Source: a virus (Duplodnaviria; Caudoviricetes). Taken from it: DNA of 36,872 nt. Location of the stretch: positions 1-36,872 of IMG/VR virus record IMGVR_UViG_3300032272_000042. One strand, 5' to 3'. Within the stretch, counting starts at the first letter, position 1. Each line of letters opens with the position of its first letter. Both the position numbers and the translations under genes were made by a program. Shown here piece after piece: positions 17,476 through 26,804 of this stretch. The notes below the pieces were generated by a model. It saw nothing but the letters and a program-made list of their open reading frames with translations, did no database searches and was not told the DNA's origin.

Positions 17476-19729
17476 TTACTGTGCCCATTATGTTCCCGTC
17501 TTCGTCACGGCTTACGCTTACGTTCTTGGGTGCCTGTGCAGCAGCCATTGCCGTCATACGGTCAGCGTTCTTTTCATGTGCGCTAATCATACGATCTTTG
17601 TCTTTCTCTTCAGCAGCCTTCATCTCTTTTGCAGCTTGCAACTGAAGTTGTGCCGAAGCCTTCTGTGTATCTGCATCAATCTTAGCCGCAGTCTGACGCA
17701 TATCAGCTGCAATCTTCTCACGGTCAACGGCAATCTTTTCCTGCTCAACAGCAAGCTTGTGCATTTCGTGTTCGTGTGCAAACTGAGCCTTTGCCATATC
17801 AGCATCAATCTTGAGCTTGGCTTCAGCAATCTTAGCCTGAGCTTTCATTTGCTCGATTTGCTTTTGACCTTCGACAAGAACCTGTTGCGGGTCTGGACCT
17901 TGCTGCTGTTGTTGCATCTCACCATCGCCCGGATCAGTGAAGAAGGTGTCAACAGACTTAAAGCCTACAGTCTTAATCATGCGTTCCATTGTGTTGTAAA
18001 CGTGCTTAGGCGTGACCATTCCCATGCCACCAGATGCAAGCATTTCTTTCTGCCACATTAGGATGTTGTTGAGGTGGGTAATCTGACCGTCACGGTTTCC
18101 ATGCCCCAAGCCAACATCAATGTTCACGTTCATGTCAGCGTTCCACTTGGAAGCGTCCATTTTAACCCACTCATTGCGGAGCTTGATTGTACGTGTTTGG
18201 TCTTGGTTGGTAACGAGTAAGTGCAGGATACGTCTGAATAAGTGCGTTAAGCCTGTCTCTGCAAAGATACGGGCCGTCATCTCAATACGCTGGTTCGCCG
18301 CAGCGTTGGCATTAGCATTAGCCGTTGCGCTCTCATTGCTCAAGGCGTTAGCGTCAACACCAGCAACCTTGTCATTTACGCCAGTACGCTTAGAAATGAT
18401 ACCATCAATGCCATCAAGCATAGCGAAGCTATGTTGCGCCACAAAGGGGTGCGATATTTCTCGACTTGCTCCGATTTCTTCAACACGTTTAATGCCACCG
18501 GGGCGGCTCATCATAAAGTCGTCCATTGATACAATTTTGTTAATATCAACTTCACGCTCTGGGTTGTTGGATAGATACAGGTTATCTAGCGTCTGGCGCA
18601 TCAATACGGTCTTAATGCGCTCCAAGTCCATCGTTACGTCTGCATAGCTCAAGCCATAGGCTCTGTGCGGCACTGGGATAGGGGACCAGATAGAGAAAGG
18701 CTGGCTATCAATCTGTGTCTTTTCTAGGATTGTATCACCAACCCACACAACCTGCCACCACTCAGCAACACCGTCCTTGTTGGCGTCTACATAAACATAG
18801 CTATCGTGGACTGTAAGTTCACGCATTGCTTTGTCTGCATGTTCTTCGTACTCACGCTGGTTGTTCCCCATACGTGTCTGACGTTCGCCTGTTGGATCAT
18901 TGGTATCATCACCGGGGAGGCTTTCAACAACCTTCTTGCTAAACCCTTCCTCGATTAACTGCGTTGCAGTCTTACGGGTGCGGTGTTCAAGATAATCCGC
19001 ATCGTCAGGGTCAGCAGAAGAGTAAGTCATATAGAACTCTTCAGGCGGCACAGGATCTATTTTGATTCTGTTTTTGCTGATTGTTCGAGTGAGTTTAACA
19101 TCGTGGAACTGTGGGAGGTCAACGTACACTTCTTGGTCTTCGCCGTCTTCGATTGCGTCCGGCACTTCGCCGTAGTCCACGTCCTCTGACGGCTCCATGA
19201 GTTCGAAGCCCGGAACATTGTACGCTGTATGCTCATCAACCTTTACGTCCTCCCCTGAAACGATTTCGTAATATTCTTCATCGGTTAAGCCAGTGTATTG
19301 CTCGCCAACGGTCTTGTCTTCTTCATTCCAGTATGACTTAACAACGCCCTGCTTTTGCAGTAGCCCGTCCTTCAGCCATGTATTGAGGATTAAGAAGCCC
19401 TTGTTATCAACGTAAAAGACGTGGTTCGCCATATCTGTTGCTTGGTCTGCAAACTCTTCGTCTTCCGGGCCTTCAGGGCTGTAGTCTACAACATCGTCAC
19501 CAGACGCAAAGATTCGAAGCAAGGAAGGCATTGCCCACTCAACTTGCTCGAACGTGTCTCGACTGATAACTGTGGATTTTCCCGGCTCCTCATCGCCATA
19601 TTCCTCACCGAGGTAGCGTTCCATACCATTCTCGCGTTCGATGGTAATCTCTGAGGTGATGTAACTTTCTGCGGATTGACTCTCACGGCGTACTAACGCC
19701 AGAAGTTCGCTTTCGGTAATGGTAGCCAT
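17465..19729 (-). CDS. Portal protein (P22-like, long C-terminal coiled-coil barrel)
   Basis: YLGE..GDE..GKS, EWAMPSLLRIF, KDGLLQK.GVVK.YW, VPPEEF, IEM.ARIFAETG motifs; position after terL. Confidence 0.93.
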   Translation of the reverse strand: MATITESELLALVRRESQSAESYITSEITIERENGMERYLGEEYGDEEPGKSTVISRDTFEQVEWAMPSLLRIFASGDDVVDYSPEGPEDEEFADQATDMANHVFYVDNKGFLILNTWLKDGLLQKQGVVKSYWNEEDKTVGEQYTGLTDEEYYEIVSGEDVKVDEHTAYNVPGFELMEPSEDVDYGEVPDAIEDGEDQEVYVDLPQFHDVKLTRTISKNRIKIDPVPPEEFYMTYSSADPDDADYLEHRTRKTATQLIEEGFSKKVVESLPGDDTNDPTGERQTRMGNNQREYEEHADKAMRELTVHDSYVYVDANKDGVAEWWQVVWVGDTILEKTQIDSQPFSIWSPIPVPHRAYGLSYADVTMDLERIKTVLMRQTLDNLYLSNNPEREVDINKIVSMDDFMMSRPGGIKRVEEIGASREISHPFVAQHSFAMLDGIDGIISKRTGVNDKVAGVDANALSNESATANANANAAANQRIEMTARIFAETGLTHLFRRILHLLVTNQDQTRTIKLRNEWVKMDASKWNADMNVNIDVGLGHGNRDGQITHLNNILMWQKEMLASGGMGMVTPKHVYNTMERMIKTVGFKSVDTFFTDPGDGEMQQQQQGPDPQQVLVEGQKQIEQMKAQAKIAEAKLKIDADMAKAQFAHEHEMHKLAVEQEKIAVDREKIAADMRQTAAKIDADTQKASAQLQLQAAKEMKAAEEKDKDRMISAHEKNADRMTAMAAAQAPKNVSVSRDEDGNIMGTVNGG

Positions 19730-19746
19730 TATATGTCCTTCAAACA

Positions 19747-19771
19747 GGAAAAGACCGTTTCACAACGGGCT
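19747..19771 (-). promoter_or_regulatory. GUGA-loop hairpin plus U-run upstream of the portal
   Basis: Minus strand AGCCCGTT-GTGA-AACGGTCTTTTCC. Confidence 0.6.
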
Positions 19772-19794
19772 GAAATGCTAGTTTACACTAACTA

Positions 19795-19965
19795 TTATCC
19801 TTTGGCAAGCGACTCGCAATAATTCAACATCCTAACTAACTCGATTAATGATTCCTTGATTATGCTGTACTCTGATTGTGTCATGCAAGTTGAAGGCACA
19901 TCCAGCCAGTGAACACCGTCACGCTTTATATAAAAGCACAAAGACCCTTCCACAAGCTCATACAT
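19795..19965 (-). CDS. Small hypothetical protein (56 aa)
   Basis: Likely start MYELVEGSLC at 19965 within the called ORF. Confidence 0.4.
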   Translation of the reverse strand: MYELVEGSLCFYIKRDGVHWLDVPSTCMTQSEYSIIKESLIELVRMLNYCESLAKG

Positions 19966-20032
19966 ATCAATCACTAACCAAATAGCAAGCGTATCAATAC
20001 GCCTAAAATGCCGCCGTCTATGAATGCGTACA

Positions 20033-20143
20033 TCATTCTTTCTCATCATCCTCTTTAGGCTTTGGCTTCTTCTTAAAGATTGCATCCCACCCTTCCTTGT
20101 ATTCCTTGGATGGTGGCCCCTTGGGCGGCTGGCTTACTGGCAT
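20033..20143 (-). CDS. 36-aa phage peptide (not in ORF track)
   Basis: MPVSQPPKGPPSKEYKEGWDAIFKKKPKPKEDDEKE; AGGAG RBS; Y.EGWD.IF motif common in small phage ORFs. Confidence 0.55.
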   Translation of the reverse strand: MPVSQPPKGPPSKEYKEGWDAIFKKKPKPKEDDEKE

Positions 20144-20319
20144 GATTCTCTCCTGAACTCTTGAAGCCAAGCAATTAGCTTGTCAATATCTGATTGGCTA
20201 TCAATTGATATGCTCGATAAGAAAATGGAGTCTATCTCAAGGTAGACCTTGCCTTTATACTCTAAAACGGTTAAATCAACCGAACTGTCTAAACCGTCTG
20301 CTATTACCAAGTCTTCCAT
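20134..20319 (-). CDS. Small hypothetical protein
   Basis: AAGGGG RBS; IDKLIAWLQ helix. Confidence 0.5.
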   Translation of the reverse strand: MEDLVIADGLDSSVDLTVLEYKGKVYLEIDSIFLSSISIDSQSDIDKLIAWLQEFRRESCQ

Positions 20320-20521
20320 ATCAAACTATCCCCTTATTCAGACCCATCTTTTTCTGCAATCCTGCTTTCGATAACCTCTTCGCATAGCAATGTAATCTGC
20401 CGAAAGTCGTCGCCATTTCTTAGCCCTTTTTTGCAAAACAGTGCAAGCTTGTAGGCGGCTTCCTTGCTTCTCAATGCTTTGCCGTCATACTCTCTGGCAT
20501 CCATCAAACTATCCCCTTATT
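20320..20521. repeat. 19-bp exact direct repeat ATCAAACTATCCCCTTATT at 20320-20338 and 20503-20521
   Basis: Read directly from the sequence; contains the terL 3' end (NKGIV*) and an RBS. Confidence 0.95.
20334..20504 (-). CDS. 56-aa hypothetical protein (not in ORF track), bracketed by a 19-bp direct repeat
   Basis: MDAREYDGKALRSKEAAYKLALFCKKGLRNGDDFRQITLLCEEVIESRIAEKDGSE; TGATG coupling to terL. Confidence 0.55.
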   Translation of the reverse strand: MDAREYDGKALRSKEAAYKLALFCKKGLRNGDDFRQITLLCEEVIESRIAEKDGSE

Positions 20522-21751
20522 GCTGTAGCTCAAAGGCTTAACTGCCTTCTTGCCCTCGTCAATGCTTACGGCTAGATACCGAAAACTGTCTGCCGCGTGG
20601 CTTGACCAATCATGTAATGGACGCAGTTTAAACACTTTGCGCTTCTCGTCAAACTCTGTCCTATACTGCCTTAACGCCTTAATTCCTAACGCGCACTTGG
20701 CCTCATCAAACCAGCACCTCGGAAGTATTCGCCTAACCGCGTTGATCCCGTCCTCAATTGACAACTTCTTAACGACTGTTGCCTTGATGCCCAAATCCTT
20801 GAGCGTTTCCTCACGACTCTTACCGCTTCCTAACTCTCGCACCTGAACATCGTGAGGCAGGTAATGCGCCCCATAATTATAACCCTTTTCCTTCAATACT
20901 CCAGCATAATGATCTAGGCCAACGCCAGATGCCTCATAGTAATCAATCACGCGGATTTCTTTACCCACGGTCTGATAGAAGAATATCGCTGTACTGTCCC
21001 CAATTCCTAAATCCCATGCTGTGTGTACGTCTAGGCATCCCTCTTTTGGCACTGACGTAACACGCCCGTCTTCTTTGGCCTCTTCCATTAACGTGCCATA
21101 ATACGCCCCGACGATAGCCGCTTGAAATGAGCAAAGATACTCTTGGCGATATTGGTCATTGGTCATTGCCCGTCTGGCTGCGTTTAACTCTTCCTTATCA
21201 ATGATGCCTGTCTCGTTGGCCTTTAGCATTAACGTGAACCAATCGTCATCGTCTTGAGCGTCCTGCCATATCTCAAAGAACGTGTTCTCGCCCTTTGGGG
21301 TGCCAATGAAGGTACACCAGCCGATTCGATCTGATAACGCCGGACGGATAACCTCAGACCACGCCTGAGGAGACATATCAGCAAACTCATCAAGCACAAC
21401 GCCGTCAAGATAGATGCCGCGCATCCTGTCATAGTTCTCGGCACCGTAAAGTCTTAGTCTTGCGCCATTTGGCAGGTCAACACGCAACTCACTCTCATTG
21501 AACTTAACCCCCGGAACATCTGCTAGGAAGTCTCGCACGTATTGCCACGCAACATCCTTAGCCTGAGTGAACAATGGCGTGATATATGCAAACCTCGCGT
21601 TTGCCTTGGATGTTTGAAGTGCCGCTAGGCATAGGTCAGCAATGCACGATACGGTCTTACCTGCGCGTCTATGCGCTACAAGGCAAGCCCAACGCTCTGT
21701 GCGCTCATGGTACGGAATGAATTGCTTTCTAGCAGCGTAAACAAAGCTCAT
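20504..21751 (-). CDS. terL: Terminase large subunit
   Basis: Walker A AHRRAGKT, Walker B VVLDEFAD, IGTPKG, nuclease TAWDLGIGD and SHAADSFRY. Confidence 0.97.
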   Translation of the reverse strand: MSFVYAARKQFIPYHERTERWACLVAHRRAGKTVSCIADLCLAALQTSKANARFAYITPLFTQAKDVAWQYVRDFLADVPGVKFNESELRVDLPNGARLRLYGAENYDRMRGIYLDGVVLDEFADMSPQAWSEVIRPALSDRIGWCTFIGTPKGENTFFEIWQDAQDDDDWFTLMLKANETGIIDKEELNAARRAMTNDQYRQEYLCSFQAAIVGAYYGTLMEEAKEDGRVTSVPKEGCLDVHTAWDLGIGDSTAIFFYQTVGKEIRVIDYYEASGVGLDHYAGVLKEKGYNYGAHYLPHDVQVRELGSGKSREETLKDLGIKATVVKKLSIEDGINAVRRILPRCWFDEAKCALGIKALRQYRTEFDEKRKVFKLRPLHDWSSHAADSFRYLAVSIDEGKKAVKPLSYSNKGIV

Positions 21752-22104
21752 GCATCTAACTTACGGTCTACGTTGGTTGTGATTGAGATTGCTAACGGCG
21801 CGTTCTCATCGCCTGAGACTGTAACAGACTGAGCAGCCTTGCCCTCTGTACGGTCAGACAACTCTTTCGCCGCTTGCATGTCGCCATCCATAGCTAAGTC
21901 TACAATCTTCTTTGCTATGATAGCTGCTGCTTTTGTCTTCTTCCCCTCGTTGTCTGCTATCTCTCTATGCAGGGCTAAACGATACTCATCGGAGAGTGTT
22001 TGCCTGTTTTTGTTAGACTTTGCAATGACTTCACCGCAACCCCGTGTGGTTGGCTGATTATCCTTTGAAAACTTTGTGTCTTTTTTCACTGGCTTCTTAG
22101 TCAT
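21748..22104 (-). CDS. terS: Terminase small subunit
   Basis: TKFSKDNQP, AMDGDMQAAKEL.DRTEGKA.Q, GDENAPL motifs; directly upstream of terL. Confidence 0.75.
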   Translation of the reverse strand: MTKKPVKKDTKFSKDNQPTTRGCGEVIAKSNKNRQTLSDEYRLALHREIADNEGKKTKAAAIIAKKIVDLAMDGDMQAAKELSDRTEGKAAQSVTVSGDENAPLAISITTNVDRKLDA

Positions 22105-22330
22105 TTGCAGCACCTTTAGACTTGGTTAATGTCACAAACTGCCAATGGTCAGGGGCAAAAGCAGCTACATCAATAATCGTTCCGTCTTGTGCGTGTCCTT
22201 TAATACCTAAGATGCCGTCAAGTAGGTAGAACCCTGTGCAGTCATAGAACTTATACTCAGACGTGTCATCCGTCCATACACTGGTTTCTAATTCTTGTTT
22301 TCGTTTGGAGTTTAGTTCTGTGTCTGTCAT
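22097..22330 (-). CDS. Hypothetical protein, first gene of the late operon
   Basis: AGGA RBS; overlaps the terS start. Confidence 0.5.
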   Translation of the reverse strand: MTDTELNSKRKQELETSVWTDDTSEYKFYDCTGFYLLDGILGIKGHAQDGTIIDVAAFAPDHWQFVTLTKSKGAAND

Positions 22331-22425
22331 TGTGAGTCCTTCCGGGTATTCACATCAAAAGTGGAGGGGCTGCGCTTAAAGCCTTAACCCCTCCTAGTTT
22401 GTTCTCACAGGGAGTGTGAGTTTGT

Positions 22426-22454
22426 ATTATAGCCTTTGTTTTGCTATAGGTCAA
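22426..22454 (-). promoter_or_regulatory. Sigma70-type promoter upstream of the packaging/structural operon
   Basis: TTGACC-N17-TATAAT on the minus strand in an intergenic gap. Confidence 0.7.
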
Positions 22455-22458
22455 ACCC

Positions 22459-22788
22459 CTATGGCCTTCTCCTAATTTTCCGCTTATCTTTTTTGGTGTA
22501 GTATTTCCCTCGTTTGCGCTGCTTATCAACGGGCTTCAGTGGCTTTGGCAGTTCTGCTTTGTCGGGCAAGAATGTTATGATATGCCCGTTAACCCTACTA
22601 ACCACACACCGTAAGACCGTATCGCCATGCTTAACGAGGTGGATCGGTGAGTGTGTCATTTGGTCAGTTCCTACCAGCAAGGATTTCCCATCTGCTATTT
22701 GCTGCTCTAGTGCCTTCAGGTCAACGAACGTAAGTTCTACGTTGTAACGCTCTCTGGCTCTTGTGATTGCGTGTGGTTCATTCACCAT
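22459..22788 (-). CDS. Hypothetical protein (HA..RARERY motif, possible BECR/RelE-like fold)
   Basis: HAITRARERY...IITFLP pattern; basic tail. Confidence 0.45.
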   Translation of the reverse strand: MVNEPHAITRARERYNVELTFVDLKALEQQIADGKSLLVGTDQMTHSPIHLVKHGDTVLRCVVSRVNGHIITFLPDKAELPKPLKPVDKQRKRGKYYTKKDKRKIRRRP

Positions 22789-23078
22789 TTCGCACCTTTT
22801 TTATTATTATCCTGAATGAAAGCATCTGCTGTTGCTGTTTCTTCTTCAACTTGACTTACTATTTTATAATCAAAACGCGAGCCATGCGACGTCATGCTTG
22901 TCTCTGCTTTCCGCTCATAGCACGATAGGGTTCGCAACAAATGTGAGGCTGTGCTGAAAGCCAAACCAGCCCTATCAGCCACTTGCCTAATACTAGGGCG
23001 TACAAGCATCTCAGAGTATAACTCAGTGTACGCCCTCCAAACCATAAACCTTTTAGCGTTTCCTTGTGGCGTTCTCAT
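22782..23078 (-). CDS. HTH DNA-binding protein
   Basis: RPSIRQVADRAGLAFSTASHLL helix-turn-helix. Confidence 0.6.
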   Translation of the reverse strand: MRTPQGNAKRFMVWRAYTELYSEMLVRPSIRQVADRAGLAFSTASHLLRTLSCYERKAETSMTSHGSRFDYKIVSQVEEETATADAFIQDNNKKGAKW

Positions 23079-23641
23079 TAGAAATCCAATTCATCGTCTA
23101 GGGTTTCTTTTATGCTCACGATTTCAGAACCGGGGAACTCTGCCTTAATGACATTCGTGAGGTCGTTCTGTTTTTCCCAAGAGTCTAAAATCCTGACGAC
23201 CTCTTGCGTGGAATACACCTTGCCTTTTCCACCCTCACGAATGTACTTAGTCGCATCTGCTGTTGACCTTGCGATAGTCCTCATTTCACCACAGTCATCA
23301 ATGACCGTCCAGACGTCAGCAACAAGTGGTTCGTGATTTCTCTCTGCCTCTTCATCAAGAGCCTTCCAAGCCCTCACCATAACCGACAGCCTTTTGACTG
23401 CCTCGTCTACATTAGAGCCATCTAATGAAGCATCTAGTCTTGCTTTGGCACTTCCGAACTTTGCTGCTGTCTCTGGCGATACCAAGGACGGCAATCTATC
23501 GACACCCCATTTCCGTTCCATATCTGTAGCAATCTTATCAAGCGGCTTTGTCGCGTGATGGATCGCATCCAACGTTGTTGATCCGACAGCATGAGGGTCT
23601 GTGAAGTTGTCTGGCTTACGTGTTCTTTTATGTTTCATCAA
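23078..23641 (-). CDS. Conserved phage replication-region protein
   Basis: MERKWGVDRLPSLVSPE.A.KF and K.EFPGSEI...DDEL.F motifs seen in alphaproteobacterial phages. Confidence 0.6.
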   Translation of the reverse strand: MMKHKRTRKPDNFTDPHAVGSTTLDAIHHATKPLDKIATDMERKWGVDRLPSLVSPETAAKFGSAKARLDASLDGSNVDEAVKRLSVMVRAWKALDEEAERNHEPLVADVWTVIDDCGEMRTIARSTADATKYIREGGKGKVYSTQEVVRILDSWEKQNDLTNVIKAEFPGSEIVSIKETLDDELDF

Positions 23642-23742
23642 TACACCTATAAAGTTGCAATTGTATTCTTGTCATCGAAAATCAGTGAGCTTGTCCTATA
23701 GCCGCGTAACTAGCTGCTGTGCGAGTCGCCCCCCAAAGGGCG

Positions 23743-23875
23743 TCCGCACTTGCAGTAGTTACTATAGGGAGATTTTACAAGTGCGGAACCTTTTAATGGA
23801 GATATAAAACCCTTATACACCAACGAGGTTGTAAATCCGCACTTGTGAATATGCGGGGTTTTTACAAGTGCGGAA
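23743..23875. other. Putative replication origin (four iterons in alternating orientation)
   Basis: TCCGCACTTG at 23743 and 23836; reverse complement CAAGTGCGGA at 23778 and 23865; directly downstream of the primase-helicase. Confidence 0.7.
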
Positions 23876-23897
23876 ACCGCCTTTAGGTTGTAATACT

Positions 23898-26069
23898 TCA
23901 CGATGGCAGCTCCTTATTTGTCAAAATATAGACATCAGCTTCCTTGTAATGGTCCCCAGTTCTGTCTCTTCCTTTCTCTAAATACTCCACATCAACCCAC
24001 TCTTTGAGCATCTGTTTAGCGTCTGTTTTAGACTTATTTGCGCACAGTTCCATGATGACATTCCCAGCCCAATACTTCCCTGCTGAGTTCACCATGTACG
24101 GCTTTTCACCGTCTTTACCGCGTCCAATTTCGACTAAAATCTCTCTTGCTTTTGCCGTAGAAACACCATCAAAAGCGTCTGGAAGTTTCCATTTTGCGAG
24201 GATGCCAACGCTGTCACCGGGCATATTTATAAGCCCTTCTTGTGATCCGTTGTTGAGTAATTCAGACTTTCTTTCCATCCAAACGGCACGTTCTGAAGGT
24301 GCTGACATATTGCCTTTTGCGTCATCAATACGGATAAACCAGCAGCTTTGCCCTGACGCCATGCCAAGCTTTTCAGCTTCCTTTTTAGTCATTGCTGTGA
24401 TGGTTCTGGCTGACCTTACAGCCCCTGCAATAGACGATGCACCACGGGCTTGATTAATGTCACCAGCAGCACTTTGTGTAGGCCCTGAAGGTGCTTTTCT
24501 AACGTGGTGAATGAGGTCAATTGCGCACCCTGTATCCTTAGCGATTTGTGCATAGACGTTCATAACAGCGTCGATTTCCATGTTGTTATTTTCGTCTGCA
24601 TAGTGAGATTTAACGAAAGGATCAACGGATAGGACACGAATATTATTGTCTGTTATGGCCTTTTGTAGGGCCTCTGCGTCTGGTGTTGCAATCATAACGC
24701 CGGAGCTTTCGTCTTTTTTAGCGACGATTAGAGGTCTATCACGCCCTGAATTTAAAAATAACTTGTTGGCAATGTCTGCTGTATCCACCTTATAGAACTG
24801 GCATATTGCAGCAACACGTCTTAACAACTCATCTCTTGGGTCTTCAAGGTTATAGTGCCAGACGTTGATTTCCGGCTCATGTACTCGGTCATGTATTAGG
24901 TCTTTCCCCACGCACATTGCGATTGCTTCTGTTAGTACGAGTGTTGTCTTGCCAACACCACCGGGGCTGACTGTTGCGCTAATGTATTCAGAGATAAGAT
25001 GTTCACCATATATAAAGCGTCTAACAGGGATGCTTGATATATCGAGTGCGCCTAGCTTTTCTGCCTGAAGTGCGCCAAGTGACACGGTTACATCTGTAAC
25101 GTTATGGGTTACTTCTGGCACGTTAAACTTAGTTCGTGCTGAAGTGATTGCCTTACCGACTTCATACTGTGTGTCTTTAAGTGTGTATCCCGGAGTTGTT
25201 ATCGCAGGGCAGTACAGCATGATTTCAGCATCAGAGAAGCCCCTGCTTACCCAGTGAGCCACAAGCTTAATAACGTTGTTGTGCCAGCAATCGCCTTTAA
25301 GGACGTTTTTAATTGCTGCTGTCACATCTGTGTGTGCGCCAGTGCCAAGCCCTAGAGGGTCTGTCTCTGTTGGTGAATGAAGAATTTCATTGTCTATTAT
25401 TTCATTGTTTTTTGTTAAATATTCCTTGAACGTATTATGCAAGTGAACACCAGAAACGGGGTCACGGTCATCGTCATACTCTGTCCTGATTGTGACGATT
25501 TCGTCTTTATACCCACGCTCTTGTTTCTTTTGTGGCGGGTATGAGACACACCCTGCCAAGCGCATGATGCGCCTAGGGTCAATAACCTTGTCACCGTGGA
25601 ACAGGTTGGACATACCGATCTGTACGTCTTTCCATGCTGATAGGTTACGCACCATATGCTCACGTTCCCAGTAGGCATGGACTCTAGGCGTTGGTATTTT
25701 GCCTGTTGTCACAGCGAACGTGTATTGGATAGGGTTTTCTGTTTTTAGTGCTGCTGTTGCTTCAGGTGTGTCAAGGTCTGCGAAGTTAAAGAAGCTTACC
25801 TCAATGTCATCGTCTGTTGCACTTGATCCGGGGAACACTGAAGGCTTGCGCGGGTTTACACCTACATAGAGGTTAAACTTATCTTTGTTACGCGCTATGG
25901 CGTACTCAGCAGCCTCATTGATTCCGTCTGTTGTTGCTGGGAAGTAATCGGAAAGCCATTTGCCTTGTCCCCCTGCATCAATTTGAATTTTTCCGTCGGG
26001 GTATTCTTCTTCGCAGCGTCCGAATAGTTTTGTGAGGTGTTCGACGATTGCTTGTTTATTATGTATCAT
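23898..26069 (-). CDS. Primase-helicase (RepB-like primase + RepA/AAA_25 helicase)
   Basis: N-terminal YVGVNPR, FADLD, HAYW, DPRRIMRLAG; Walker A SPGGVGKT, LEDP, Walker B VLSVDP, IHHVRK, ARGASS. Confidence 0.9.
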   Translation of the reverse strand: MIHNKQAIVEHLTKLFGRCEEEYPDGKIQIDAGGQGKWLSDYFPATTDGINEAAEYAIARNKDKFNLYVGVNPRKPSVFPGSSATDDDIEVSFFNFADLDTPEATAALKTENPIQYTFAVTTGKIPTPRVHAYWEREHMVRNLSAWKDVQIGMSNLFHGDKVIDPRRIMRLAGCVSYPPQKKQERGYKDEIVTIRTEYDDDRDPVSGVHLHNTFKEYLTKNNEIIDNEILHSPTETDPLGLGTGAHTDVTAAIKNVLKGDCWHNNVIKLVAHWVSRGFSDAEIMLYCPAITTPGYTLKDTQYEVGKAITSARTKFNVPEVTHNVTDVTVSLGALQAEKLGALDISSIPVRRFIYGEHLISEYISATVSPGGVGKTTLVLTEAIAMCVGKDLIHDRVHEPEINVWHYNLEDPRDELLRRVAAICQFYKVDTADIANKLFLNSGRDRPLIVAKKDESSGVMIATPDAEALQKAITDNNIRVLSVDPFVKSHYADENNNMEIDAVMNVYAQIAKDTGCAIDLIHHVRKAPSGPTQSAAGDINQARGASSIAGAVRSARTITAMTKKEAEKLGMASGQSCWFIRIDDAKGNMSAPSERAVWMERKSELLNNGSQEGLINMPGDSVGILAKWKLPDAFDGVSTAKAREILVEIGRGKDGEKPYMVNSAGKYWAGNVIMELCANKSKTDAKQMLKEWVDVEYLEKGRDRTGDHYKEADVYILTNKELPS

Positions 26070-26084
26070 TATTGGAGCCTTTAT

Positions 26085-26116
26085 AAAAAATGGGGGAAGC
26101 TCCTAAACCTCCCCCA
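26085..26116 (-). terminator. Rho-independent terminator after the SSB-like gene
   Basis: TGGGGGAGGTT-TAGG-AGCTTCCCCCA followed by T6. Confidence 0.75.
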
Positions 26117-26125
26117 CCAGTTAGA

Positions 26126-26698
26126 CTAAAATTCGTCGTCTTCGTCAAGTGCCGGAGCTTCTGGCTCTGGTGTTGCCGCTTGGGCTGGTGCGCTACCTCC
26201 TCCCAAGATAGCCATATCAGCAGGACGGTCAACGAGCTTGTCAATAGCAAGGATAGGCTCATAGTTTGTGCCATGCTTGCCAGTGATAGGCGTTGTGCCA
26301 GTGCATGAAACGACAGGGCATTGTTTCTTGCCGCCTTGCTCCCATGCTGAATAAAGAGCGTTGATAGCCCCGTTCATCATCATAGAGGAAGACATCAGCT
26401 CACGCGTACCGCCTAATTGCTTAGGACTATGAACGTGAATTTTAAACCCTCTCTTATGGTCTTGACTTGGTGCTGCGCCAGACTTTGCTAAAGACTCGTC
26501 AGGCTGCCAATCTGGACCGTTAGGGCCAAAGTGCAACCAGCCTGTTTGGATGTTCTCAAGGTCAAATACGGCCTTGAGGTTAGTTACCTCCACATCATCA
26601 TCGCTGCCTTCTGGACGCGCGTACCAGCGACCAGCTTTTGCGTTATATTTAAGAATGGGGAGAAAGTCACCTGAATTGGTGGATAGATTAAGTGGCAT
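26126..26698 (-). CDS. Putative single-stranded DNA-binding protein
   Basis: KYNAKAGRW, DLENIQTGW motifs, acidic-aromatic tail DEDDEF; AAGGA RBS before ATG 26698. Confidence 0.65.
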   Translation of the reverse strand: MPLNLSTNSGDFLPILKYNAKAGRWYARPEGSDDDVEVTNLKAVFDLENIQTGWLHFGPNGPDWQPDESLAKSGAAPSQDHKRGFKIHVHSPKQLGGTRELMSSSMMMNGAINALYSAWEQGGKKQCPVVSCTGTTPITGKHGTNYEPILAIDKLVDRPADMAILGGGSAPAQAATPEPEAPALDEDDEF

Positions 26699-26775
26699 GG
26701 TTTCGTTTCCTTTACCGTTACCGTTAAGCCCTTTGTTTAATGACCGGGGCGGTTGGGTCATACTAAGTATGGTAT

Positions 26776-26804
26776 TTTATATTCTATTAGGAAAGTATTG
26801 TCAA
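26776..26804 (-). promoter_or_regulatory. Sigma70-type promoter for the SSB-like gene
   Basis: TTGACA-N17-TATAAA. Confidence 0.65.

Noticed and set aside
23710-23901. 63-aa ORF downstream of the helicase
   Set aside because: It overlaps the iteron cluster and has no recognisable features; the region is better explained as the origin.
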